From contig NW_024704742.1 of assembly GCF_018977255.1 (NCBI RefSeq), positions 73,162,001 to 73,226,000 on the forward strand: a stretch of DNA of 64,000 bases, read 5' to 3'. Shown in pieces: positions 25,312 through 38,874 of the stretch. Numbering within the stretch: the first letter of the stretch is position 1; every line of letters begins with the position of its first letter. The position numbers and the translations under genes were made by a program. The DNA comes from Callorhinchus milii (lineage: Eukaryota). The notes below the pieces were generated by a model that saw only the letters and a list, made by a program, of their open reading frames with translations, was not told where the DNA came from and searched no databases.

Positions 25312-26169
25312 AACTTCCCACAGGAAGTAACCAAGATCAGACAATTCAGGCAAGGGGCAAAGAAAGAGATGAACTTTTAACCTAGACTGTGTTAGAAATC
25401 ACATTGGTCATCGAATAATATTGGCCAAAAGTGAACAATTTCAGCATCTACAAATGAAACGATAGCTGACAAATGATTAGTGACGTTACTTTATGCTGCC
25501 TGAATATGAATCTTAAAATGAAAAGATCTGGGGAATTATTACTTTCAATGCAATATCAATGCCTTTAACTTTATTACCCACGTGTCTTCCTGCGTTAGTT
25601 TGCCATTTTGATTTTCCTTTCACACACAATTGAAGCCACACAATGATGGCTTACCAGTACATTCTTGTATACATCCAGAGCCACATCAGTCTATGTAGAA
25701 ATTAGCATTACAGCCCAACCTGCAGGCAGATTTGCAGGTCCCTGAGCTGGGAAAAATAAAGTGTGGGCTGAATTTGTAAGGTGTATAACTGAACATATTT
25801 CATGTTAAACTACATCTGAGGGGTGCACTGAATGCATTTTTTGAGCCTTTCCTCTTACTTCACCAAACTATTCAATGCTACATGTAGTAAAATTAGGAGA
25901 AATCGCTTGTTAAAAGCAAGAGTGTCAGACTACATCTTATTAGAAAGCAGCAATGGAAGCAAACCCACTGCCTACCACTTACTCAAATGAGACTTCAGTA
26001 TTCTGTCAACAAGAGTGAAATCATTGCGTAATTGGCTGCCGCGTTTCTCCCACAAAATATAGTCAATTGACTTTACAGTATATTCTGTGAAGCACTTTTG
26101 AGACATCTCAAAGACGCGAGAAGGGGCTATATCAAATGTAAGGATTATTATTATTAGGCACACTAGAAA

Positions 26170-26480
26170 TGACCCTGTTCGCTCCCTCCACTCAGCTGCT
26201 CTGGCTTGCTTCACGCCTTGTGCGCCCCACTATTGGTAGACGGGCCTTCCACCAATCTGCACCCACCCTCTGGAACTCCATCCCAGTCCCTCCGTCTCGC
26301 CCCCTCCCTTGCCTCCTTCAAGACCTAACTCAAGACCCTCCTCTTCGACCATGCTTTCGATCTCCCTGCTTCCCCCCCTGACCCCCACCCTCCCCCACCT
26401 CGGGTCTGTAACTCTGTCTGTCCAGCACCTTGGGACGTCCCCTCGATGTGAAAGGCGCTATACAAATGTAATTTTGGTGT
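26170..26480 (+). mobile_element. L2 LINE 3' end
   Basis: PTIGRRAF...PTLWNSIP and tail GGGACGTCCCC...TGAAAGGCGCTATACAAATGTAAT. Confidence 0.85.
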
Positions 26481-27554
26481 TATTTAATTGTACTTTCTAT
26501 CATTTGCCTCAGTATTTCACTTTAAGTCAAAATGTCTCAAACGCTTTAATTCTATGCATCAGTTAATTATGCAAACTCGTCTGTCGAGCAACAATAATAT
26601 TCCACAAATATCAATGAGATAGCTCATCCACAGGACATCTCTTAGAACACTGCATCACTTCAGATGAGACTTTAAAGTCCTGTCTGCCTGTCCAGGTGTT
26701 CTTTTAAGACCCAAAGTGCTCAAGGAATAGAGAAGTATCTTGGAATCAGACAAGGTTCACCCCTCTTCCAAATTCATGACAATAGATTAAATCAAATTAG
26801 ATTTTGAACTCAATCTTGGCCAACAGAACAAATTTACATTTATATAGTGACTTTCACATTTGGAGGACCTCCCAGTAATTGGACAGTCAAGGAAGGGGTG
26901 GGAAGATGACCAAAGGTACAGTTAAAGAGGAAAGTCTTGAGATGGACCTTGAAGGAGATGAGGGAAGGTGCGAATGGAGGGAAATGCAGAGAATGGGGGC
27001 GGAAAAGCTGACGCCCTGACCGCCAACGGTGAGGTGAGCAGAGGGAGCAGGCAAGTTGGTAGCATTTAAAAAGTCACAGAGCAAGGCCATGAAGGGATTT
27101 AAAAGTGAGGACAAGGATCTTGATCTCAATCCTCTGGAGCTGTGCAAGGTTGGGGTCAGTAGGCTTGTGGAACCTAATGCAAGAGTGCAGTACACCGCAG
27201 CGTACTGAGGAATACTGCATTGGTGGAGGTAGTGAGGTCCTGAGACTTCAAAGTGAGGTGCCATATGTCTCTTGTGATGTTTCAGTGGATATTAAACCTG
27301 ATTAACTATTTCGAAAACTAGAAGTTCCTCCTGGTCCTCAAAGTGCTAAAAACCCAAACTGGTCTTCATCTCACTGGATTTTTGGAAGCTCCTGGCAGAG
27401 ATCGATTTCATGTTTGCCTTTGTAACAGAAATACTAATTTTCCCATTAGGCTAACTGACTCATGAACCTAGGTGGATAAAAACAAAAATTACTCAATGCC
27501 AGTTTTACCAATGTTAATGTTACGACTGAAATACATCAGGTTCAGCCATAAATC

Positions 27555-30192
27555 TTAGAATCATAGAATGTTATGGCACAGAAGGAGGCCATTCGGCCCA
27601 TCGAGTCTGTGCCGGCTCTTTGACAGAGCAACTGACTTTTATTAACCCCACTCACCAGCTTTCTCCCCATAACCCTGCAAACCTGTCTTCTCCAGATACC
27701 TATCCAGTTCTCTCTTAAAAGCTGTTATCGAATCGGACTTCACTGCCCTTTCGGGCAGATCATTCCAAATTCTAACAACTCGCTGAGTGAAAAAATTTCT
27801 TCTAACCTCCCCTCTGCTTCTTTTGGTAGATATCTTAAGACTGTGACCATGAGTCACAGACACACCTACCAGCGGAAACAGCTTTTCCCTATCTAGCCTG
27901 TCGAAACCTTTCATGATCTTGAAGACCTCTATCAGGTCCCCACGTAACCTTCTCTGCTCTAATGGGAAAAGTCCTAACTTTTCCAGCCTGTCCTCATAGC
28001 TAAGCTTCCCCATTCCTGGTATCATTCTCGTGAATCTCCTCTGCACCCTTTCCAGTGCCTTAATATCCCTCCTGAAGTAAGGTGCCCAGAACTGGACGCA
28101 GTACTCCAGCTGAGGCCTAACCAGTGTTTTGTACAGATTAAGCATAGCCTCCCTACTCTTATACTCTATGCCCCTACTAATGAAGCTCAGTACACCAAAT
28201 GCCCTTTTTACTGCCCTATCTACCTGCTCTGCCACCTTCAATGAATCGCTTACTTGAACGCCCAGATCTCTCTGTACATTCACCCCCCTTAAGATTGAGC
28301 TACCAAGTCTATATTGCCTCCTATCATTTTTCCTACCTAAGTGTATGACCTCGCACTTATCTACATTGAAATCCATCTGCCACATGTCAACCCATTCCAC
28401 CATTCTGTGTATGTCTGCCTGCAGTCCTTCACAATCCTCTTCACTATTTACTACCCTACCTAACTTGGTATCATCTGCAAACTTGGAAATAGTGCTCCAA
28501 GTCCAGATCATTAATATATATTAGAAAGAGCAATGGTCCCAATACCGATCCCTGGGGGGCACCGCTGTACACCTCCTTCCATTGGGAGAAACACCCATCA
28601 ACCACCACCCTCTGCATTCTGTCACTCAGCCAGTTCCTAATCCAAATGGCTACTGTCCCCTTAATGCCGTGGGCCTCCAGTTTTTTTATTAACCTCTTAT
28701 GCGGTACTGTGTCAAAAGCCTTTTTAAAATCCATGTAAATAATGTCCACCGCATTTCCCTCATCAACCCTCGCAGTCACCTCTTCAAAAAATTCTATTAG
28801 ATTTGTTAGGCAAGATTTGCCTTTAACAAATCCATGTTGGCTGTCTCTAATTACCTCGTGTTTTTATTTTGTCCCGGATTACGGTCTCCAGTAGCTTTCC
28901 TATTACCGAAGTTAGGCTGACTGGCCTGTAATTTCCAGGCTTGTCTTTCTGCCCTTTTTGTAGAGTGGGGTAACATTAGCTACTCTCCAGTCTCTTGGCA
29001 CCACTCCTGTGTCCAATGACGATTGAAATATAATGGCCAAAGCCTCCGCTATTTGAACCCGTATCTCCCACAGCAACCTTGGGTGAAACCCATCTGGTCC
29101 TGGTGACTTATCAATTTTGAGCCCAGTCAATCTTTTCAGAACTTCCTCTCTGTCTATAGTAATCTGAGCTATGTCCTCTACCCTGACATCCAATACTGTG
29201 GCATTTGGGGCATCCGTTTCCGTTGTGAAGACAGATGCAAAGTACTCGTTTAGTATATCAGCCAAACCCTCTGTCTCCACAACAAGATTGCCATCATTGT
29301 CTTTGATTGGCCCCACCCTACCTTTAACTAACCTTTTTTCCTTTATGTGCTTATAAAATATTTTAGGATTCCCCTTTGTTACCCGCTAACCTCTTCTCAT
29401 GCGATCTTTTAGCCTGTCTTATCGCTCTTTTAAGATCACTCCTACATTCGCTATAATGCGCTTTGCTATCCTCAGTGTCTTGAATCCGCCAATTGTCGTA
29501 CGCCATCTTCTTCTTTTTCATCCTAGACAGAATATCCCTGGTTATCCAGGCTGGCCTTGGTTCTCGCACATTTCCCTTTTGTGGGAATGTATCTATTTAG
29601 ACCTTGAGCTATCATATCTTTGAAGATCTCCCATTGCTCATAAGTCATTTTACCTGCCATTCTTACTTGCCAGTCCACCAACTCTAGGTCCCTTTTTAGC
29701 CAATCAAAATTAGCTCTTTTCCAGTCAAGCATTTTCACCCTTGACTGTACTTTGTTCTTGTTCATGAGTAATCTAAATCTAATATTATGGTCACTGTTAC
29801 CTAGATGCTCCCCTACCGAAACCTGTTCAACCTGACCTACTTCATTCCCTAGGACGAGATCCAGCAATGCTTCCTTCCTTGTAGGACTGGAGACATACTG
29901 CTCAAGAAAATTTTCCTGTACACAGTTGATGAATCTTTCTCCTGCCTTGCCCTTAACGCTGCTATTTTGCCAATCTATATTGGGATAATTGAAATCCCCC
30001 ATTACGACAACTCTGTTCGCCTTACATCTGTCCGTGATCTGGTTGCAGATCTGCTCTTCTATCTCCTTCCCGCTATCTGGTGGTCTATAGTAAACCCCTA
30101 TCAGTGTAACCACTCCTTTCCTATTTCTGACCTCTAACCAGATCGATTCTGTTGTCGGGCCCTCTAGAGTCTCGTCCCTTTCTACAGCTACA
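27555..30192 (-). mobile_element. CR1 LINE, 5'-truncated ORF2 (partial APE endonuclease + RT), frameshifted
   Basis: ORF pieces contain [37 protein letters not shown] and FADDTKL. CR1 3' tail ATTCTATGATTCT. Candidate TSD ATAAATC at 27548-27554 and 30193-30199. In UBE2D3 intron 4, same orientation as the gene. Confidence 0.95.
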
Positions 30193-31304
30193 ATAAATCC
30201 CATCAGTTTTTTTTAAAAAAAAGAAACGAGAATGCAAACCATGGATCCTTGGGAACATTCCATCATCTAGCGTTAGGTCCTTTTCCAGATCAGGAATAGT
30301 CCTAAAAACCATTATTGGGACTTTTTCCAGACTGATCATATTGACCTCAACTTCATCATAAAACACACCTGCTTTTTGGGGAATCCAAAGAGAGGTTCAC
30401 GAAGCACTCTTGCAAAGGTCAACCTAGTTATCTTGTTCAAATGACAAGATTTCCCCCTACCTCTCAGAATAGTGTACCAAGTTGTCAAAACATCCTCCAA
30501 TAAAGATGCCAATTGAGTCTTCTAATGTTAGCCACTCAAATGACATCAGTGACTGGGACTAGCCACTTAACTTCAGAAATGTGCACTAAACTGGTACTGC
30601 AGTTGTCCAGGGTTACATAGCTATGGATCTGTCAAAACAACTTCCCCTTAAAGTAATTAGAGTAACTATGGTATGCATGCAACCGCTTAGTCGATGGGCA
30701 GATGTCCAAAATGTCATTACTCCATCATTTTTATGAATACAAATATATATTTTTAAAATTATACATAATATTGAACGGGGGATACTCTTCTAGAGTTTGG
30801 GAGGGATTGGGGATCGAGAAGGTAGAAAGTTAACTTTCATTTCTGAAAATTCAGCAATAAATCCAGTTTATCACAAGCAGACCACCAGAGGGGCTAGGTT
30901 CAATTCCCAGTCTGCATTGCGTTAACAGGTCACAACCATTCCAGGAGAAAGGTATTCCAGTTGACTTAAAAACCCCTTGGGAGTTGAAGCAAGGTAGAAT
31001 GCTTCCGTGTGAACATTGGGTCAGTATAAGATTGGGCTTGGCTGTGCTGCCTACCTTCATTATATAGATTCCTAGCACTCATCTCTGGACTCACAAATTA
31101 AGATCTCTTGGACATTACCAGAGAGAAGCTAGCATCCATTGAGTCATATCTCAACATAAATGAACACTTTTGGAAGATATTAGAAAACTGGGGGAAGAGA
31201 GGACAAGTGAGGAGAGGGAGAAGCACTGGAAGAGCAAACAGACAAAACAGATTATTTAACAATTTACAGCAATAATAAAGTAATGCACCAAATCATGGAT
31301 ATTA

Positions 31305-31433
<129 letters not shown>

Positions 31434-31494
31434 TCAATTTTGCCAACTCCTTAGCTTTAAATATTTGTATGTCAAACTTTGAACAAATACTTAC

Positions 31495-31526
31495 AGGTCC
31501 CATGATCGTAGCCTGCCAATGGAACA
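31495..31526 (-). CDS. UBE2D3: UBE2D3 coding exon 3 ((L)FHWQATIMGP)
   Basis: 32-nt exon with pyrimidine-rich acceptor ...ctcttcag and donor gtaagt. Phase-compatible with exons 2 and 4. Confidence 0.97.
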
Positions 31527-34180
31527 CTGAAGAGAAAAAGAAAAACTGGCAATTAGCATGAAATGAAGCGACGGTGTGAAATTACTAATAACTATTGCAT
31601 GTTCCACCAACCAACTGAGGAAAATTCTAGAATCTTAATGTGCTGCTCTACCTTAAATTCAGTGAAGTGTACACGACAGGAATAAAGACAAAACACTACA
31701 TTAGTGCACTGGGCTGCAGGTGCTACCCAGCCTCTTCTGAAATCAACATCCAGGTTTGCAGTCACAGTACGAAGTAGAGCAAAAAACAGGCGTCGCCTTC
31801 CAGCCACAACAGTACTGACAATACACTTCAAGAACTTTACCATAATTTGATCAACTACTCTTTCCTCATATCTGCACAAAACTAGTAGAGGCAAGGACAC
31901 TCGAGATTAAACAAAAACAAAAATATACTAAAATAGTCCAAAGAAAAGTAGAATGACAAAAGGAGTTGTGTAAGTGGAGAAACTACTGTCTTCCTCATTG
32001 AATACATCCTCATTGAATTTGGAGTTGAGGCACAGATCAGCCATGATCTAATAGAATGGCAGAACAGGCTCAAAGGGCTGAAAGACCTCTGTTGGTCCCA
32101 TGTAGACATACAAATGAATGCAAAATACTGAAACTCTAGGATCTATGGGAATAATTTGAAGGACTGAGGACAAAAAGATGGGGTCTTCAAATCCAAATAT
32201 CTAGATCAAGAGAGTGCTTCTAGTTTAAAAGATTCAAGCAACATATTGGTCATAGCATAGCCATGGGGTTGTCAAAGAATGGGTATGACAAACTTAACCT
32301 CACCTAAATACTCAATACAAGGATATGTATTTTGCACCATTTGCTAATATGTTAGTATGACTATACTTTGCTTAAATGTCATTTCAAAGCAAAACAATTG
32401 CCTTGATAGGAAAAGAATCAGTTTCACCTATCTAGAAAGATGAAGTCTTGTGTACAGAGCAAAATGTACTTTGAAATTGAAGGCTTGAGAGTGAATGCTA
32501 GTACAACTTAGATCAAGAACATGAGTACTTTGATTATACAAGCTTGATCATTCTCCCACAACCCGTCGTCCTATAATTGAGTTTATACTGGCATTCAGAG
32601 ATTGGACAACGATATCGGGTCATTTGGATGATGGTGTGAAACCTTGTGATCCTATCTTCTTGACTAAAAAGCAGAACTACGGTCTATACCGGGTATGGTG
32701 AGTCTTGGGAGCATCGCTAGAATAGCTTTTAAAAAAAGTATAAACTAAATCTTTTAAAAGGACATTCAGCTTAATACCTAAATAATAATAATCCTGGTAT
32801 TTGATAAAGCACCTTATCACGTTTTCAAGATGTCTCAAAGCTCTTCAAAGAATTTACTGTAAAGTGAATTAACTGTATATTGTATGGCTGAAACGCAGCA
32901 GCCAATTCCACATAGGGGCATTTTTCAAATTTTAGAAATATTGGGGTCTAATCAAATGCATTTCTTAAAGGGATTCCTGTTAGAATTCCAGGCAACCCAC
33001 AGGAATGCTACTCAAAGTAAATTATGTTTGATGCTTAATAGGAGATCACTACGTTGGATATCCTGAAAATATTGACATGGGGCTAAAGGGTATTTGTCAT
33101 CTGTGATCTTAAAGATTCACCTCATATAGTAGGAAGCTTGGACCTTGGTTTAATTTCAAAACTAGCACCTCTTAACAATGCAGCATTTCTCTAGTACTAC
33201 ACTGGAGTTTCAGCTTGAGTTCAGGTAGACATGAAGCTTCAACTTTCTAATGCACAGGTAAATGGAATACCAACTAAGCCAAGCTGATAACTGTTCAACA
33301 CAATTTATGCCATATCGATTTAAGGAGGCAAAATTAAAATTCCAGAAGTCATTTTGAGCAAGCTACGGCATCAAATTCCAAAATTAGGCAACTTATATTA
33401 GTCAAAGCAAATAGGTGTCCAACAGAAGACCAAAATACTTCTCTCCAATCTTGGGAGAGAAACTATTACTATGCTCAACAGGTGCCTTTCTTAAATTCAC
33501 TGCATAATAATTTCAACCTGGGCCAGATTGTGGCACCTCAACCATCTGATATGAATCGCAATTAAAATAAGGTGAATGATTTACATAACTAGAAAGGAAT
33601 CATGGCATTGAACAACAACTTGCATTTATATATGGCCCTTCACTTAGAACCAGCAAGGGAGAAGGGGAGATGAACAGGAGTTGAAAAGGAAAGTCTAGAT
33701 AGTATAAATAAATGCCAGTCATTCATCAACTATGGCTTGTGCCAGGGCCAATCCGAGTTCTATCTGAAGATGGGCTGAATAGGCTAAAACTGAAACACAT
33801 GGTAAATACGTAACTGCTAATGTAACATTCTTAACTGTGCACCTCTTCTTGGAAGATAATTAAAGCTTTCAATGCTTTAACAAATCTCAAACAGCTACCA
33901 AACTGTGTTGAAATGTAAAAGATGAGAACTTTTATTGTAAGCAAATTGTACGTGGAATAAAAATCAAGACCTGTGAATAATGCAATGGTGAAAATCCCTT
34001 TGTCCAATAATGACAAGTTGTTTTAAATTATCCTAGCTGTTTCTCACATGGAATGATTGCAATTTCCATCGTGCACATTGAGTTAAATGAGAAAGAATGA
34101 ATACATTGTATAATCAGTTGCAGAAAAAGGACATTCCATTTTAAAAAGTTTAAGTGTACCATTTCATTTAAAACACTCAC

Positions 34181-34244
34181 GGTCATCTCCAACTGGACCT
34201 GCAGAACACTGTGCTGGAGGATCACGAGCAAAATCTAGGAGTTC
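34181..34244 (-). CDS. UBE2D3: UBE2D3 coding exon 2 (ELLDFARDPPAQCSAGPVGDD+1 nt)
   Basis: 64-nt exon bounded by ag/gtgagt. Translation matches the UBE2D N-terminal helix and DPP motif. Confidence 0.96.
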
Positions 34245-36249
34245 CTAGATTTAAAATTTAAAAACAATTTAGATTTCCAGTTTCATGCATCAGAAAAACA
34301 AACACCAGTAATTGACAGAATATGATAAGCCTTGCATTTCGTAGACCACCTTATCACAACGGATGTCTCAAAGCTCTTCGCAGGATTTCAAAAGTTTTAA
34401 GTACAAATAACCATCAGCTACATCAAATCAACTCCTTCACCATAACCAACTCACTATAATTGGCAAACATTTTGTCATTGGCTATCCTCAATTTAATAAA
34501 CATTTAAGAACTCCAAAAAAAATCACTTCCTTTAAAATTTGCTATAGGTCTATATTTTGTCTAGATCAGATACCCAAATCATACACAGAATTCCAATCAT
34601 ATTCCACTCACCGTTTCTATTCACTATTATTATACATGATCTCCTCAACCAAGCATCATCATATAAACTCAATTACAAATACAGCATTTCCTAAATGTTT
34701 GGCTTTTTTAATTCTCAATATTATTTCCTTCCTCCTTCTACTAATTAGTGTATTTGAATTAAATACCATTGACATAGCACTGAGCCATGAACAGAATTTG
34801 ATAAAACAGGCAAAACACAAATTAGTACAAGGTGAACTTTCCATAACATATTTGAGTGATTGTATAAATATTATTTATATATGCCAATCAACCAAATAAG
34901 AATGAAATCATGTTGAAGATTGGATCGTTTATTCAAATAAGATCATACATCACTAATGCCAATTTTCTGGGGAGAAAACTACCGTAATCTTAACCTAATG
35001 AATAATTTCAAAACTTGTTCAGTATTTCAGGCATTTGTACCATAACTTTTATATTTACCAAAAATGGCTAAATGGATATTTATTCAGACATGGAGACATC
35101 TGTACAGAGCTCTCTCAAAATAATGATATAAACCAACCTAGAAAACAGATTTAGGTAATGGGTACATATGAAGGACTATATTGAAAAAGAGAACACTAAA
35201 TTCCAGGATTACATTCGTCTGTCAAATTTACAACAGACAATGACCCAGTTAGCACGAGCCATAAAAAACAGAAGTTTACAGGCTTGAGTCCTGCTGAACT
35301 CCGAGTTAGTTCATCTCAATCAGAACAGTTGGGGCAATACAAATGGCTTCAAGGCCCCAGATTAGGGAGAGAAAGAAAAAAAATAGCCAAAGCTCATATG
35401 TGGTTGCTGGACAAGGACAGAACTGGATAGTTAAATAGCATGCTGAGACTCTCAAGGCTCACACGAGCGCACAAGATGATAACCTGGAAATAAGAAATAA
35501 ATACCTTCAGGAGGGCTGGGGGGGATGTGGGAAGAAAAGTATTACAAGCAGATTGGCAAGACATCCTTCCCCAAATTTACAAGTGATGTAGGAAAAAGAT
35601 GCCAAATCTTTTTCTAAAATGAGTTTTTTTTAAAATAGAAAAACACTCACTTATTAAATCTAGTTCAACTGCAGTTTGCTTGACATCAAGAGAAATTAAC
35701 TTTCAAAAAGTTATTTGAAAGCTCAAGTTATCAACTTCAGAATTTGAACCTTGCACTTCTGCACTGACATTACAGGAAGTTTATTTTCAGATGGCAGTCG
35801 AGTTCTTTGCCGGGTCAATGAAAGTGTAAAGTCAGAATTCCAGGTAAAACAAAAAATAAATACAACTACCACCTATTACTATAAGCCCTTCAAGTAACTG
35901 ACCTTTCAAGTAAATTAAGCTCAAATATACCAAATGGTAATCAGAACACTGCTGAGGAAAATAGCTGTATTTCAGTTCATTTCCCACAGAAGAGGAAAGC
36001 AGATTCTTCCCCCAATGTTCTCCCAATGCCTCACCCACTAACAAGAAAAGCAATCACCCATTGGAAAAAGGGATGGAATAATCTTTGGCTGAATCACAAT
36101 CTTGCACAAACATCTCAGCCTGGTCTTCTCCTGTTCCAGCTCATTACCAATTTTCCTCGCACGCTGCTCCACCCTGGTTGCTGGTAAAACAACACACATA
36201 TCCTTCCAATCCACCTTGTGGGTTTCCCATGTTGAGACATTTCCCCTCC

Positions 36250-38300
36250 TCCTCCTCCTCCTCAGCATGTTGAGGGTAGGGTGCCCTGCACTGCCCCTGG
36301 GCTGGGTGCGGAGCTGGAGCTGCAGCTGCCTGGTGCCTGGTGCCGCACAAACTATGTACATAATGTGCTGACGGTTTGCTTTCAGCGGCCGCCGCACGGT
36401 CACGGACACACATCCGCTGTGCTGGGTGGGAGCTGCAGGGCCCGGGCCGCCGCCATCTTCTACTGCGGAGACGATAGGAAACAAGACGACAGGGAGGAGG
36501 GGGGGGGGGGAGGGAGGAAGAAGGAAAGTGGGAGGGGAGACATTGCAGTAGCCGGGCAGCGGGTTGGGATTTATAAACCTTCCCGGGGGCCGTGGATTAA
36601 CCCTCCCCCTCCCCCCCGGGACAGACAGACAGACAGAGAGAGAGGGGTCGCCGGCGGCTCCTTCTGTGGGTTGCGGCCTGTGGTCGGGCCAGGCGCCGAA
36701 CTCACGTTAGAAAGGAAGCGGATGGCAGTGCGGCCTGGAGCAGACCTCCTCTCCCTCTCTCATTGCCCCGAGAGAGAGAGAGAGAGAGCGGCCTAGAGGC
36801 CGCACAAAGCCTCGCGCTCTCCCCACACACCCCCCCCCCCCTTCCCGGTTACCTTGTTAATCCGCTTCAGCGCCATCCGCGGGTCTGTGTCAGGAGCCGC
36901 TCCCCCACTCGCTGTCTCTAAAGCTGCTGGACGTGACCTCCGTGTCCCCGGCCCCGCTCCCTGGATAAAGGCAGAGACCACCACCACAAGCAGCCGCCAC
37001 CGGCCTTAGGTCCTGAGTCGTCGTGGAGCGAGTGAGCGGGAAGCCTGGTGCTGGGCCGCGGGTCGGTGAGGTGCGGCGCTGGGGCTGTGTGTGGGGCTGA
37101 GCGCTGTGTGTGTGAGTGTGTGTGAGTGTGTCTGCGGGCGGCGCCGCGCCTCACCACAAGATGGAGGAGAGCGACCCCCGCCGGAACTATATCCCGCACA
37201 CCACCCCGCGCGCCGTCTCACACCGCCACATGCACCTCCTCGCCCATATGCCCAACACCACCACCACCACCAGCAAATAGTCCCGCCACCGTCACGTTGG
37301 GGCGTTGTTCTGACACCGCTGAAGCGCGCGGCTGTTTGCGGGCGGTGAGGAGTGACACGAGCGGACACTTGTGGACCGGCGGTTAATGGGTCTGCGGCCA
37401 CCAACGGTATTTTAATCTCTGGCCGAAGCTGAACCCGCGGCGCCATCTCACCCGAGGGCCCAGCGGCCGCCCCCGGGGCCTTTTTTGTGGGGGGAGGAGA
37501 AGGAGCTCAGGGGAGGGGAGAGACCCCCCCACCCACCCACCCGGGAAAAGGGGGCGAAACGCACGATCGCCATGTTACACACTGTCAGGGGTTTGCCAGA
37601 AATTAACACGTTCGGAGCCCCCCCAAGGCCGCCCGCCCGCCCGCCCGCCCCCAAAAGTAGCCCCAACGCCCCGTGTCGCCTCCGCCGGGGCAGCAGAGTG
37701 GCGGATTCGGGGTCTCTCAGTGCGTGACGGACGGGACGGGACGCCGTGTGTCTCAAGGAAAAGGCATTGGGGGTTTAAAATCGAACAACTTAGGAATCGG
37801 CCGCGTTTGCCGCACAGTGACGACAGCAGCAGCAACAACAACAACAACAACCCGCCCAATTGAGCGTGAAGCCGCCCACATTGCTGAGTGACAGTCAGGC
37901 GCCGCCTTTGTCTCGCGGGGGGCGGGTGGCGGGTGGCGGCCGCGCGCCTCCCGGGGCAGCATGTGCCCTGCAGGCGGGGCAGCGCGTCGGGGTCTGCATC
38001 CCCCCCCCCCCCCCTCCTCCCCCAGTGCCTTTATTTACTGTTCCATCTGTTCGCATCAATTCATTCCTATGGGGTTTTTTTTTTTTTAAAATCGCACAAA
38101 TAGGGGTTGTGTTTAAAGATTGCAATCGTGTTCCTCGAGCCGCAGGGCCACGAACTGGAGGGAACGGCAGCGCACGCGAACCGCAGACAATGAAATGCGC
38201 TTTATTCCTTTTGTTTCGATCTCCACTCGGGAGGACTGACTGCGGGAATAGCGCTGGGGGGTGAGGCAAGGGCGTGGACTGGAATAGGCTGTGAACGTCA
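36250..38300 (-). promoter_or_regulatory. UBE2D3 CpG-island promoter with candidate non-coding 5' exons
   Basis: High GC and CpG density around the ATG exon. YY1-type motifs GCCGCCATCTT (36449-36459), CAAGATGG (37157), CGCCATCT (37441) and CGCCATGTT (37568). Minus-strand GTGAG donors at 37150-37154 and 37447-37451. Confidence 0.8.
36853..36876 (-). CDS. UBE2D3: UBE2D3 coding exon 1 (MALKRINK)
   Basis: Minus strand ATGGCGCTGAAGCGGATTAACAAG followed by donor gtaacc. The exon probably begins at acceptor ctctgcctttatccag (exon 36853-36960). Lies in a CpG island. Confidence 0.96.
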
Positions 38301-38874
38301 CCACCAGGATCTTGGAAGTCATTCTGTATCTCTTGCGTTCCTCTTTTGAATGGGCGCTACTGAGTTAACATAAACTGAAGCGAGTTCCACAGTGTGTGGG
38401 CAATGAGACGACCTATAAACCTGTAGAAAAAAAATGCCGTCGCTCAATCCGCGACTGCTTGCGGGTTGGCAATTGGCTGCCGCCTTTCACCCACAAAACG
38501 TGCAGTCGATTCACTCTGCGGTATATTCTGCGAAGCGCTTTGAGACATCTCGAGGACATTTTAAGGAGCCATATAAAATGCTCGGATTATTATAAAGTGG
38601 TTTCTCATCATGCCCTCACTTCATTTTGAAAGCGTGCTCTACAATTTGCAATTCAGAAAAAAAAAACTTTATAGGAATGGATTTCAAACACATCTTATTT
38701 CTAGTTCTGAGGTCCATGTGGCACAAAATTGGTCTGCATGAAAAAGACCGATCCTTTGGCCCATCCAATCTCATTCTCTCCAGAACACTCACCCTACTGT
38801 CCCTCCCATCAAGGGTCTCTACCACCTTTCCCGGCAACCTGTTCCAGTCAATGATTTCCCTCTTGAGTACAAAC

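Noticed and set aside
34607..34690. Strong donor ACG/GTGAGT in UBE2D3 intron 1 (and TAA/GTGAGT at 35646-35650)
   Set aside because: The upstream acceptor is A-rich and weak, and no ATG is in frame with exon 2. Cannot be supported without transcripts.
36038..38322. Many overlapping 60-170 aa ORFs on both strands
   Set aside because: Products of GC-rich CpG-island sequence that is poor in stop codons; low-complexity translations. Only the 24-nt MALKRINK exon is supported.
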